A stretch of DNA of 64,000 bases from Myxococcales bacterium (lineage in GTDB: Bacteria > Myxococcota_A > Polyangia > Polyangiales > Polyangiaceae). Shown in pieces: positions 49,400 through 64,000 of the stretch (positions within the stretch are counted from its first letter, which is position 1; each line of letters opens with the position of its first letter). The notes beneath the pieces are model-generated. The model saw only the letters and a program-made list of their open reading frames with translations, searched no databases and had not been told where the DNA came from. The translations under genes were made by a program, and so were the position numbers. The DNA lies in the NCBI GenBank assembly GCA_043747615.1, contig JAYTOU010000017.1, positions 1 through 64,000 of the forward strand. Reading direction: 5' to 3'.

Positions 49400-49870
49400 A
49401 TGAACTCAGTGCTCAATAACGCTCAACACGCTGCGTCCCAAGCCGTCGACCAAGCGAAAAACACCGCGAGCGATACGCGCGCGTCGCTGATTGATTTGGG
49501 TGTGCAGGCTCTGAAGCTCTTCAACCACGCACGCGCCCAGGAATCACGGGTAGTGGACTCGGCTCTCGACCACATCGGTTTGCAGCGTCGCCAGAGCGCG
49601 CTTCGCCCGGCACTCTGGTTCGCGGCCGGTGCGGTAGTTGCTGGCGGCGCGGCTCTCGTCTTTGCGCCCAGCTCCGGTGAGAAGCTGCGGACGCGTCTGA
49701 TCGAGCTCCTCAGCAACGCGGGTGACACCGTTAAGCGGAGCGCGATCGCAAAAGGGGCGGCGAGCGAGGTCAATCACATGAAGGACCATGTGCAAGACGT
49801 GAAAGACCATATGAAAGAAGACCACATGAAGCTGGAGCATATGAAAGGGAAGCCGTTCCCTTCGTCATGA
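49400..49870 (+). CDS. YtxH-domain general stress protein
   Basis: GAGGA SD; GAVVAGGAALVFAPSSGEKLR. Confidence 0.85.
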   Translation: MNSVLNNAQHAASQAVDQAKNTASDTRASLIDLGVQALKLFNHARAQESRVVDSALDHIGLQRRQSALRPALWFAAGAVVAGGAALVFAPSSGEKLRTRLIELLSNAGDTVKRSAIAKGAASEVNHMKDHVQDVKDHMKEDHMKLEHMKGKPFPSS

Positions 49871-51024
49871 GTCGCTCGGCTCGGGGGGGCCTTCGATCGC
49901 TCGCGTTCGCGTCTGCGCTCTCGTTTGCCGCGTGTGCGCCAATCGCGCGGCCAACGGTGCTTCAGCCTCAGTTGAAGAGTCCGTTCGTGGGGTACCAAAG
50001 TCGCCGTTACATCGACCCTTCGATGTGGCTTTGCTTGCCCGGACGAACCGACGACACGTGCAATCGTGATCTGTCGGCGACGGAAATTCGCTCCGACGGA
50101 TCACGCTTCGTAGTGCCGCAAGAGGCCACGAAGGACGCGGGGGTCGATTGCTTCTACGTGTACCCCACCGTGGATCTGGGAGTCCTTCCAGGCAATCACG
50201 AGGATTTCTCGGATCTGAGAGCCATCGCTTTCACGACCAACGCGCAGGTCGCGCTTTTTGGCCAGGTCTGCTCGCTCTACGTGCCGCTCTACCGACAGGT
50301 GACGCTCGGAACGTATCTGCGAGGCGGGGAGCCGCTTGGCAAACGATTGGACGTCGCCTTCTCGGATATCGCCGACGCCTTTCTTCATTACATGGGCACG
50401 TACAATCACGGTCGCAAGATCGTCCTGATTGGCCACTCCCAGGGAGCGGAGATGGTGAAGCGCTTGATCGAGCGTTTCTTCGACGACGACCCGAAGATGC
50501 GCGAGCGACTGCTCGTTGCCATGCCGATCGGTGGAAATATCGACGTGCCGAGCGGGCAGGCAATGGGCGGAAGCTTCCACAACATTCCCATCTGCACGAA
50601 AGACGACGAGCTCGCGTGCGTCGTGGCCTATCGTTCGTACTGGGGCAATTCAGAGGGGCGCACCGAGTATCCGTTGCCGCCCGGGGAACAGCCGGTCTGC
50701 GTGAACCCGGGGAGGGTGAGCAACCCGACGGAGCGCGCGCCGCTCAAGGCCTACTTTCCGAAGAGCGTCCGGCTCAAGGGGGTCGAGGGCGTGACCACAC
50801 CGTTCATCTACTATCCCGATCTGTACAGCGGCCGCTGCGTCGACGGCTTGAACAAGTATCGCTATCTCGAAATTACGGAGCTTCCGAGTCCCGGAGGGGC
50901 GCGCAAGAGTCCGCTCGATCTATCGAGCTTCAACGGTCGCTTCGGTACGCACGTCATAGATCTTCAGTTTCCGCAGGGCGATCTGATGGACATGGTGAGA
51001 AACCGAACCAAGCACCGGAAGTGA
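49867..51024 (+). CDS. DUF3089 alpha/beta-hydrolase lipoprotein
   Basis: FAAC lipobox; DCFYVYPTV, PLYRQ, GHSQG. Confidence 0.9.
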   Translation: MSRSARGGLRSLAFASALSFAACAPIARPTVLQPQLKSPFVGYQSRRYIDPSMWLCLPGRTDDTCNRDLSATEIRSDGSRFVVPQEATKDAGVDCFYVYPTVDLGVLPGNHEDFSDLRAIAFTTNAQVALFGQVCSLYVPLYRQVTLGTYLRGGEPLGKRLDVAFSDIADAFLHYMGTYNHGRKIVLIGHSQGAEMVKRLIERFFDDDPKMRERLLVAMPIGGNIDVPSGQAMGGSFHNIPICTKDDELACVVAYRSYWGNSEGRTEYPLPPGEQPVCVNPGRVSNPTERAPLKAYFPKSVRLKGVEGVTTPFIYYPDLYSGRCVDGLNKYRYLEITELPSPGGARKSPLDLSSFNGRFGTHVIDLQFPQGDLMDMVRNRTKHRK

Positions 51025-51079
51025 ACGCACGCGGTAAGCCTATGTCACTGAGAGTACGTCCGTCGGGCGGCGGCAGCGG

Positions 51080-58324
<7,245 letters not shown>

Positions 58325-58383
58325 CGGAAGCTCCTTCGCGGGCGGATCGTCGCGAACGATCAGATGGCCAAACGGAAAGCCGG

Positions 58384-58399
58384 AGCAACGGATGTGCCG
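58384..58399 (-). promoter_or_regulatory. Sigma-54 promoter of the giant kinase, bracketed by an 11-bp inverted repeat
   Basis: CGGCACATCCGTTGCT; arms CCAAACGGAAA (58368-58378) and TTTCCGTTTGG (58413-58423). Confidence 0.7.
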
Positions 58400-58474
58400 G
58401 CAGAGCGCCCGGTTTCCGTTTGGAAAAAGAGCCTATTTTCGGCGACTCGACGGAGCGACGGTATCAGCGCGCCA

Positions 58475-58508
58475 CGTAGCTTTTTGCTACGCGTAGCAAA
58501 ACGCTACG
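58475..58508. promoter_or_regulatory. Tandem dyad, candidate enhancer/operator
   Basis: CGTAGC-TTTTT-GCTACG directly followed by CGTAGC-AAAAC-GCTACG. Confidence 0.55.
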
Positions 58509-58561
58509 CGGTTAGTTTTGGTCGCGAGGTCACCCCCCGACGAGTGGTCAGATTCAGGTGC

Positions 58562-58864
58562 TCAGGGCTTGACGCATGTTCCGGCGAGTGAGCCCGATTC
58601 CTTTTTACAAACCTGGCCCACGCCGCATTCGGCGTCTCCGACGCACGTGGATTTTTGGGCGTTGGATCCCGCAGCTGCGCCCACGCAGGTCCCGGTGGCC
58701 TTGCCTCCTTCTTTTTGACAGGTTTGGCTGGCGCCGCACTCGGCGTCACCCATGCAGGTCGACGTCTGCGTCGCGTTGGGGGCGCGTGCGTTGTTGGATT
58801 CCGCACCGCAGGCCATGACGAGCGTGAACGAGAGGGCGATGAGACCGCGCAATTGATTTTTCAT
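58562..58864 (-). CDS. Small Cys-rich lipoprotein with two internal repeats
   Basis: Lipobox VMAC; two copies of STCxGDAECGxxQxCxKExGxxxGTCV. Confidence 0.85.
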   Translation of the reverse strand: MKNQLRGLIALSFTLVMACGAESNNARAPNATQTSTCMGDAECGASQTCQKEGGKATGTCVGAAAGSNAQKSTCVGDAECGVGQVCKKESGSLAGTCVKP

Positions 58865-58876
58865 GGGCGACCCACG

Positions 58877-58892
58877 AGCAATGCCCGGGCCA
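58877..58892 (-). promoter_or_regulatory. Sigma-54 -24/-12 promoter candidate
   Basis: TGGCCCGGGCATTGCT; ATG 14 nt after the -12 C. Confidence 0.65.
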
Positions 58893-58984
58893 AGCGCGAA
58901 AGGCTTGATTTAAGCGGGATGCGCGGAGGCGGGGCGCGTGGCGATTCTGCGCGTCGTGGCGCTCTGTCTCGCTGGCGGGCGCGT

Positions 58985-60541
58985 CTAGCGGCCGGCGGCG
59001 GGGGGCCGGATGCTGTGGGCGCGATCACCGAGGGCGCGGCGCACGAGCGTGATGATGTCTTTTAGGTTCACCGGCTTCAGAAAAAATCCGTCGGCGCCAA
59101 TCGCCGACAGACGCTTCCACTCTGCTGGTCCACCCGATGCGGTAACGACCACGATGGCGACGGCATCCGTTCCGGCGCGCGCGCGAAGATGCTGCGTCAC
59201 CTCGATGCCATCGAGGTTCGGCATCTGGAGATCGAGAATGGCGACCGAGTGATGGCGCGCGTCGAACGCTTCGATGGCGGCGCGTCCGTCGGCAACGCAC
59301 TCGATGAAGGCATCCGGAAACTCGAAGCGCAGCGCGAGCTCGAGGGCATCGCGGAAATCCGTGTCGTCCTCCGCAACGAGGATCCGGTTCGGGGCGACTT
59401 CTTTTTTTCGGGCGGTGGCGAGGGCGCGCCCAAAAGCTAGGGCGCTCGGTATTCGTTCGGCGGGATCCTTGGCGAGCGCTTTCATCACGACGTCGTCGAA
59501 ATCGGTTCCGAGATCGGGCCTTCGATCACTCGGACGCGGCACGTCCACCGTGACATGGGCAAGCATCCGCTCGACTGGATTCTCCCCTGGGTAAGGCGGC
59601 TTTCCAGTGAGAAGCTCGAACGCCAAGCATCCCAGCGCATACACGTCTGCGCGACTCACGAGCTCGCGCGCGACTTCGGTGCGGATCACGTTCTCGGGCG
59701 CCATGTACTCCGGCGTACCGACGACCTCCTTGCTCTGCTCCGCCCTCACGCGCTGGAGCAAGTCGGCGATCCCCATGTCGGCCACACGCACCCGGAAGTC
59801 CGCGTCGAGGAGCAAATTGCTCGGCTTCAGATCGCGGTGCACGGTGTCCGCTGCGTGAATCGCTGCCACGCCCTGACACGTGTCCTCGAGAATTTGCAGC
59901 GCCTTCTCGACGTCGGGCGACGTACCGGGAGGACGATCGCGGAGCCAGTGCTCGACAGTCTGCCCCTCGACATACTCCGTCACCAGGAAGGGAGCACCTT
60001 CGCTCTCGCCGAATGCGTAGATGGGCAATACATTCGGGTGGCGCACCCGGGCCATCGCGCGCGCTTCGGCAAGAAACCGCAGCCGAAGAGAATCGTCGAG
60101 GAGCTCCGGGCGAATGAGCTTGATGGCGACGTCGCGTTCGAGCGTCTCGTCGCGCGCGAGCATCACCACGCCCATCCCGCCTTCCCCGAGCGTCTTCGTT
60201 ACGCGGTACGTGCCGTCGATCAGCGTTCCCGGTTCCACCCGAAGGGTCGCAACTACGGGCTCGCCGTCTGACCGGGTCGACTCGGCCAAGGCTTCCATTT
60301 CGGTGGACCCTGCGGGCACCCAGCGCGTAGGCGAGAGTTGAGGGCGCGGGGTCGACTTGGCCAAGATGCGAAAAGGATACCCGCTTTTCGAGTTGGCCGC
60401 ATGATCGATGCCTCCGGGGTCGTCTGAGACGGCGTTACGGAAGGACGTGAGAGGACTCCTCGCCGACGCGCGCCGTCTGCCGAAGCCCTGCTGGTTTCTC
60501 TGGGGAGCATGCTCGCCAACCGGCTCGGCGCCGTCACTCAT
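58985..60541 (-). CDS. Ser/Thr protein kinase with C-terminal receiver domain (start uncertain; could be 60298)
   Basis: GEGGMG, VAIK, HRDLKPSN, DMGIA, GTPEYMAPE; REC VAEDD..LDLQMP..LKP. Confidence 0.92.
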   Translation of the reverse strand: MSDGAEPVGEHAPQRNQQGFGRRRASARSPLTSFRNAVSDDPGGIDHAANSKSGYPFRILAKSTPRPQLSPTRWVPAGSTEMEALAESTRSDGEPVVATLRVEPGTLIDGTYRVTKTLGEGGMGVVMLARDETLERDVAIKLIRPELLDDSLRLRFLAEARAMARVRHPNVLPIYAFGESEGAPFLVTEYVEGQTVEHWLRDRPPGTSPDVEKALQILEDTCQGVAAIHAADTVHRDLKPSNLLLDADFRVRVADMGIADLLQRVRAEQSKEVVGTPEYMAPENVIRTEVARELVSRADVYALGCLAFELLTGKPPYPGENPVERMLAHVTVDVPRPSDRRPDLGTDFDDVVMKALAKDPAERIPSALAFGRALATARKKEVAPNRILVAEDDTDFRDALELALRFEFPDAFIECVADGRAAIEAFDARHHSVAILDLQMPNLDGIEVTQHLRARAGTDAVAIVVVTASGGPAEWKRLSAIGADGFFLKPVNLKDIITLVRRALGDRAHSIRPPAAGR

Positions 60542-60583
60542 CGCGGCGCGTTGTTCCCACGCCACCGCAAACCTAAAGAGCGA

Positions 60584-61387
60584 CTAGGCGACGACGGGCA
60601 GGCGGCGAGCCGTGGGTGCGTTCAGATAGGCGCGCTCGAAGACGCGTTCGCCTTTCAGCCAGCGATCGCGGGCCTCAGGATTGGCGAGCGCAATGTGGAG
60701 GCCGATCGAAAAATCGACCTCCTTCGATTCGATGCCGACGTCGGCAAGGCCTCTTCGCGTACCGTCCATCACCGACTGATGGCTCGCGTAGGGCACTTCG
60801 TACACGGGCGTCTCCGCGGTCTTGTCGCCCTCCACGAACCGGCGACAAGGATCGACGTCTTGCGAGTTCCAGCCGCGGCAGGAGAGAGGTCGCGCCTCGT
60901 AGGCCGAGCAGTTGTTGTTCTCGTCGAGAAGCGCGCACGGCGTCGGTGGACGATCTTGCCAGGCAAGGCCGATGGTCTTCTTCTCGATCGCCTGGAGACG
61001 CTCGAGAACGGTCGTCAGCTCCGCGTCCGTTCTGCTTTTCCGCAGATGATCGGCCATCGTGAGCACCTCGGGCGGCGTCACTCCGACTTGAAGCGAGCAG
61101 CAGAATGCGCAACCCGCTTTACACGCGGTGGGCACGGGCGACGGAGCCGCTTTCATTGCGGCGGTGGACGATGCATCCGCGTACGCGACGGCATTGGTCA
61201 CGAGCTCGCCGAGCTTTTCGACGGTGCGGCCCTCGGACATGATTTCAACCGCCGAGCGTTTCGAGGTCGCCTCGATCGTAGCCCTTAGCTCGGACATGAA
61301 ACTTCGCGCGGCCGGACGTGCCTTTCTGGCAACCTGGCTCTTCGCTCGGCGATCCTTTTTTTTGGCTTCTTTGTCGCGTCGATTCAT
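60584..61387 (-). CDS. YkgJ-family CxxxCxxCC metal-cluster protein
   Basis: ACKAGCAFCC, PCALL..CSAYEARPLSCR. Confidence 0.9.
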   Translation of the reverse strand: MNRRDKEAKKKDRRAKSQVARKARPAARSFMSELRATIEATSKRSAVEIMSEGRTVEKLGELVTNAVAYADASSTAAMKAAPSPVPTACKAGCAFCCSLQVGVTPPEVLTMADHLRKSRTDAELTTVLERLQAIEKKTIGLAWQDRPPTPCALLDENNNCSAYEARPLSCRGWNSQDVDPCRRFVEGDKTAETPVYEVPYASHQSVMDGTRRGLADVGIESKEVDFSIGLHIALANPEARDRWLKGERVFERAYLNAPTARRLPVVA

Positions 61388-61481
61388 CGCATCGCCCTCG
61401 CCATGCGACGACGCTAGCACATCGCGATCGCTCTACGTCCGCGGCATGCTGGAACGTGAAGGTCGTGCATCGCAGCTCCCG

Positions 61482-62084
61482 TCAGCTCTGGAAGAAATTG
61501 GAGCCGGCGCCGAACCCTTGCGGCATCTGGAAGTGCAGAAGACCATGGGCGTGGCGTTCTGTGTGGCGGCTGCACCAAAGCTTCTTGCCCCTGGTTTCGA
61601 ACTGTACGGCGACGCAGTCGACGCACGCCGGCTCGATCTCCGGCGTCGCTCGCCCATGATTCTTCAGCCGCGCGATGTACACGGGGCAGCGCGCCTTCTT
61701 GACGACCTGCTCGGCGACGGAGCCCAGGAATGTTTTTTCAATCGGGTTGAGGTCATGGGTTCCGACGACGATCAGATCCGTTTGCAGGTTCGCAGAGAGC
61801 TGAATGATCTCTCGCCATGGCGTTCCCGCGGCCAGATGGAACGTGGCGCGCCCGCTGAGGCCCGACTCTTCTGCCACGCGCTCGAGCATCGCTCGACCTG
61901 TTTCCAGGCACGCCTTTGGCGCGGCAGCGTCGAACGCCTCAATGACGTGCATCAGGTGGATCTCACTGCCAGGGAGCTCCGCGAACCGCGCGGCCGCCCT
62001 GGCCGCTACCAGAGAAACAGAAGAACCGTCGACTGCGGTGAGGATCACGGCGCGATCGGGGATGGGGGGATGAACGCTGCTCAT
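61482..62084 (-). CDS. Universal stress protein with Cys/His-rich C-terminal extension
   Basis: LTAVDGS, VVGTH, LGSVAE.VV; tail IEPACVDC...WCSRH..RHAH. Confidence 0.92.
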   Translation of the reverse strand: MSSVHPPIPDRAVILTAVDGSSVSLVAARAAARFAELPGSEIHLMHVIEAFDAAAPKACLETGRAMLERVAEESGLSGRATFHLAAGTPWREIIQLSANLQTDLIVVGTHDLNPIEKTFLGSVAEQVVKKARCPVYIARLKNHGRATPEIEPACVDCVAVQFETRGKKLWCSRHTERHAHGLLHFQMPQGFGAGSNFFQS

Positions 62085-62095
62085 GCCCCTCACCA

Positions 62096-62111
62096 TGCGA
62101 GCGTCGTGCCG
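62096..62111 (-). promoter_or_regulatory. Sigma-54 -24/-12 promoter candidate
   Basis: CGGCACGACGCTCGCA; ATG 13 nt after the -12 C. Confidence 0.55.
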
Positions 62112-62144
62112 CGCGCTCACCTGACCCGTCGCGCGCCTGTACGC

Positions 62145-62564
62145 CTAGTGGGCGTGCTTCGCGTTCTCTTTTTCCGCAAGCGGAACGCGAACCGTGTCTC
62201 CCAAACGATCGATGAGCTCCGCCACGTCGACGTGGGTGAGGTCTTTGTCGACCGTGGTCACGAGGTGCTTCGTTAGCTCGGGAGTGAGATCGTTTTTCAT
62301 CATGCCGAGGGCGTGCGGCGGCGCGACGAGCACCCACCGGTCGAAGCGCTTCGAGCGCATGGCTTGATCGAGCTTCGTCACCATCGAATGGACGAAGTGG
62401 CGCTTGTCGACGTCTTTCGATGAATGATCTGCAGCCTGCTCAGCCTTGCTCCGCGATTCTCCGGGACCGAACACCTCCAGGAGATTCCACGCCGGGTTGT
62501 CGCCTCGCGTTTCGAAGAGTCGTCCTCGCCCGGCATCACACACCAAGATCCAAACAGTATTCAT
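62145..62564 (-). CDS. Host-attachment (AtsE-like) family protein
   Basis: WILVCDAGRGRLF, LVAPPHALG, VDKDLT. Confidence 0.88.
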   Translation of the reverse strand: MNTVWILVCDAGRGRLFETRGDNPAWNLLEVFGPGESRSKAEQAADHSSKDVDKRHFVHSMVTKLDQAMRSKRFDRWVLVAPPHALGMMKNDLTPELTKHLVTTVDKDLTHVDVAELIDRLGDTVRVPLAEKENAKHAH

Positions 62565-62576
62565 GAACCGATGCGG

Positions 62577-62592
62577 AGCAACATCTGTGCCC
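62577..62592 (-). promoter_or_regulatory. Sigma-54 -24/-12 promoter candidate
   Basis: GGGCACAGATGTTGCT; ATG 14 nt after the -12 C. Confidence 0.65.
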
Positions 62593-62686
62593 TTTTTTCG
62601 CACCTCAAAGCTGCGCCAAAGAGCACCGCACGCGGAAACTACTTCGGCGCATTAATGTCAATTCGTTCCTCGTGTGGCGCTTCTGT

Positions 62687-63103
62687 TCAAGAGTCGCCGT
62701 CGATATCTTGGAGGGGTCCTTCGCTCGGCGTAGCACCGCCAGTACCTCCAGCGCCGGAAGAAGCCGCCGAAAAAGTACCATGCTTCGCCTTTGGTTGATT
62801 GGCAGACGCCGCTCCGAGGTCGCCCTTCGTGACGCCGATCTCGTCGTCGAGCTCATGATCTCGTCGGCTGTGGATCGCGTCGTCGTCCGATAATGCAGAG
62901 CCCGCGAGAGCTCCGGCGACCGTGCCGATGACTCCGCCTACGATGGCGCCCACCGGTCCAGCCACTGCGCCCGTCGCCGCGCCTGCTACCGCGCCGGCCA
63001 CAGTCATCTCGTACACCGTCGCGTCGGGACTCATCGCGGGCGCGAGCTCAGGTGCGGTTTCGTGTTTCGTCGCCTTGGTAGAGTCCGGTTTTTTCTGTGA
63101 CAT
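62687..63103 (-). CDS. Glycine-zipper hypothetical protein
   Basis: AGAVAGAATGAVAGPVGAIVGGVIG; LDDEIGV. Confidence 0.8.
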   Translation of the reverse strand: MSQKKPDSTKATKHETAPELAPAMSPDATVYEMTVAGAVAGAATGAVAGPVGAIVGGVIGTVAGALAGSALSDDDAIHSRRDHELDDEIGVTKGDLGAASANQPKAKHGTFSAASSGAGGTGGATPSEGPLQDIDGDS

Positions 63104-63115
63104 GGCGACAATCGT

Positions 63116-63131
63116 CGCAAGGACCGAGCCA
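63116..63131 (-). promoter_or_regulatory. Sigma-54 -24/-12 promoter candidate
   Basis: TGGCTCGGTCCTTGCG; ATG 14 nt after the -12 C. Confidence 0.65.
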
Positions 63132-63163
63132 AACCGCTGCGCTGGTGGCGCGTGCCTAATCGG

Positions 63164-64000
63164 TCATGTCTTTCCCACTCGAAGCCCGTACTCGTGCAAT
63201 CGGTACTGGATGGTGCGCACGCTGATGTCGAGGAGCTCTGCCGCTTTGGCGGTCGAGCCCTCTGCCGCATCGAGGGTCGTGAGGATGGCGTAGCGTTCGA
63301 TCTCCGCCATGGTCGACCCCGGAATGCGCAGCGTGCTCTCGAAGTCGGGGGCGGCCTCGAACGGGAGATCGTCGTGGTCGATCATGGGCCCCTCGCAGAG
63401 AACGACCGCGCGCTCGACCGCGTTTTCCAGAGCCCGCACGTTACCCGGCCAGCGGTGTCCAAGGATCTTGGTGCGGGCCCTCTCGGTGAAGCCCTCCACG
63501 CGCTTGTGATTTTCTTGCGCGAACTTGCGCAAAAAATGCCCGGCAAGGACGAAGATGTCGCCACCGCGCAGTCGCAAGACGGGCATCTCGATGTGGACGA
63601 CGTTGAGCCGGTAGTAGAGATCTTCGCGGAAGCGTTTGTCTCGCACGTCGGCGGCAAGATCACGATTCGTCGCGGCGATGACCCGCACGTCCACGTGCAC
63701 GCGCTCGTTGCCGCCCACCCGCTCGAACGTCCGCTCCTGGAGCACCTGAAGGAGCTTGATCTGCGTGGCCATGGGGATCTCCCCGATCTCGTCGAGGAAG
63801 AGCGTGCCCCCGCTCGCTTGCTCGAAGCGACCGACGCGACGCCTGTCGGCCCCAGTGAAGGCTCCTTTTTCGTGGCCGAACAGCTCGCTCTCGAGAAGCG
63901 ACTCGGCAAGCGCCGCGCAGTGGAGGGAGATGAAGGGCTGCTTCGCACGCGGGCTGAGGGCGTGGATAGCGCGGGCGAGCTCTCCTTTTCCCGTACCGCT
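63164..64000 (-). CDS. Sigma-54-dependent activator (NtrC/Fis family), 5' end outside window
   Basis: [45 protein letters not shown]-terminal HTH. Confidence 0.96.
   Translation of the reverse strand, partial: SGTGKGELARAIHALSPRAKQPFISLHCAALAESLLESELFGHEKGAFTGADRRRVGRFEQASGGTLFLDEIGEIPMATQIKLLQVLQERTFERVGGNERVHVDVRVIAATNRDLAADVRDKRFREDLYYRLNVVHIEMPVLRLRGGDIFVLAGHFLRKFAQENHKRVEGFTERARTKILGHRWPGNVRALENAVERAVVLCEGPMIDHDDLPFEAAPDFESTLRIPGSTMAEIERYAILTTLDAAEGSTAKAAELLDISVRTIQYRLHEYGLRVGKT

Noticed and set aside
61388..61403. GG-N10-GC motif TGGCGAGGGCGATGCG before the YkgJ-family gene
   Set aside because: Abuts the likely ATG, so the start site would fall inside the CDS; weak match

Overview
GC-rich myxobacterial-type chromosomal segment (mglBA, a TonB-fused receptor, many Cys-rich lipoproteins; Polyangiaceae-like by inference). 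I saw no rRNA, tRNA, CRISPR array or mobile element. Left to right: end of rplM and rpsI; membrane, chaperone and signalling genes; a Xanthomonas-type arginine operon (argF'-argG-argE-NAGS/K-argC-argH) ending in a translationally coupled CarB derivative that looks catalytically dead, with a decayed canonical argB beside it; mglBA followed by an unannotated 40-aa highly basic mini-protein gene; queD, an SDR, ctaA, an FHA-GGDEF gene and uppP; a phoBR-like pair next to an envelope uptake cluster carrying three Pho-box-like direct repeats; and a ~19 kb stress/signalling region (three USPs, PA2169, YtxH, a 2414-aa poly-HAMP hybrid kinase, a Ser/Thr kinase-receiver fusion, a sigma-54 activator) with seven sigma-54 -24/-12 motifs, four of which predict leaderless mRNAs. 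All calls come from motif recognition by eye; no searches were run. Many starts were moved from the ORF track to the likelier initiation codon.
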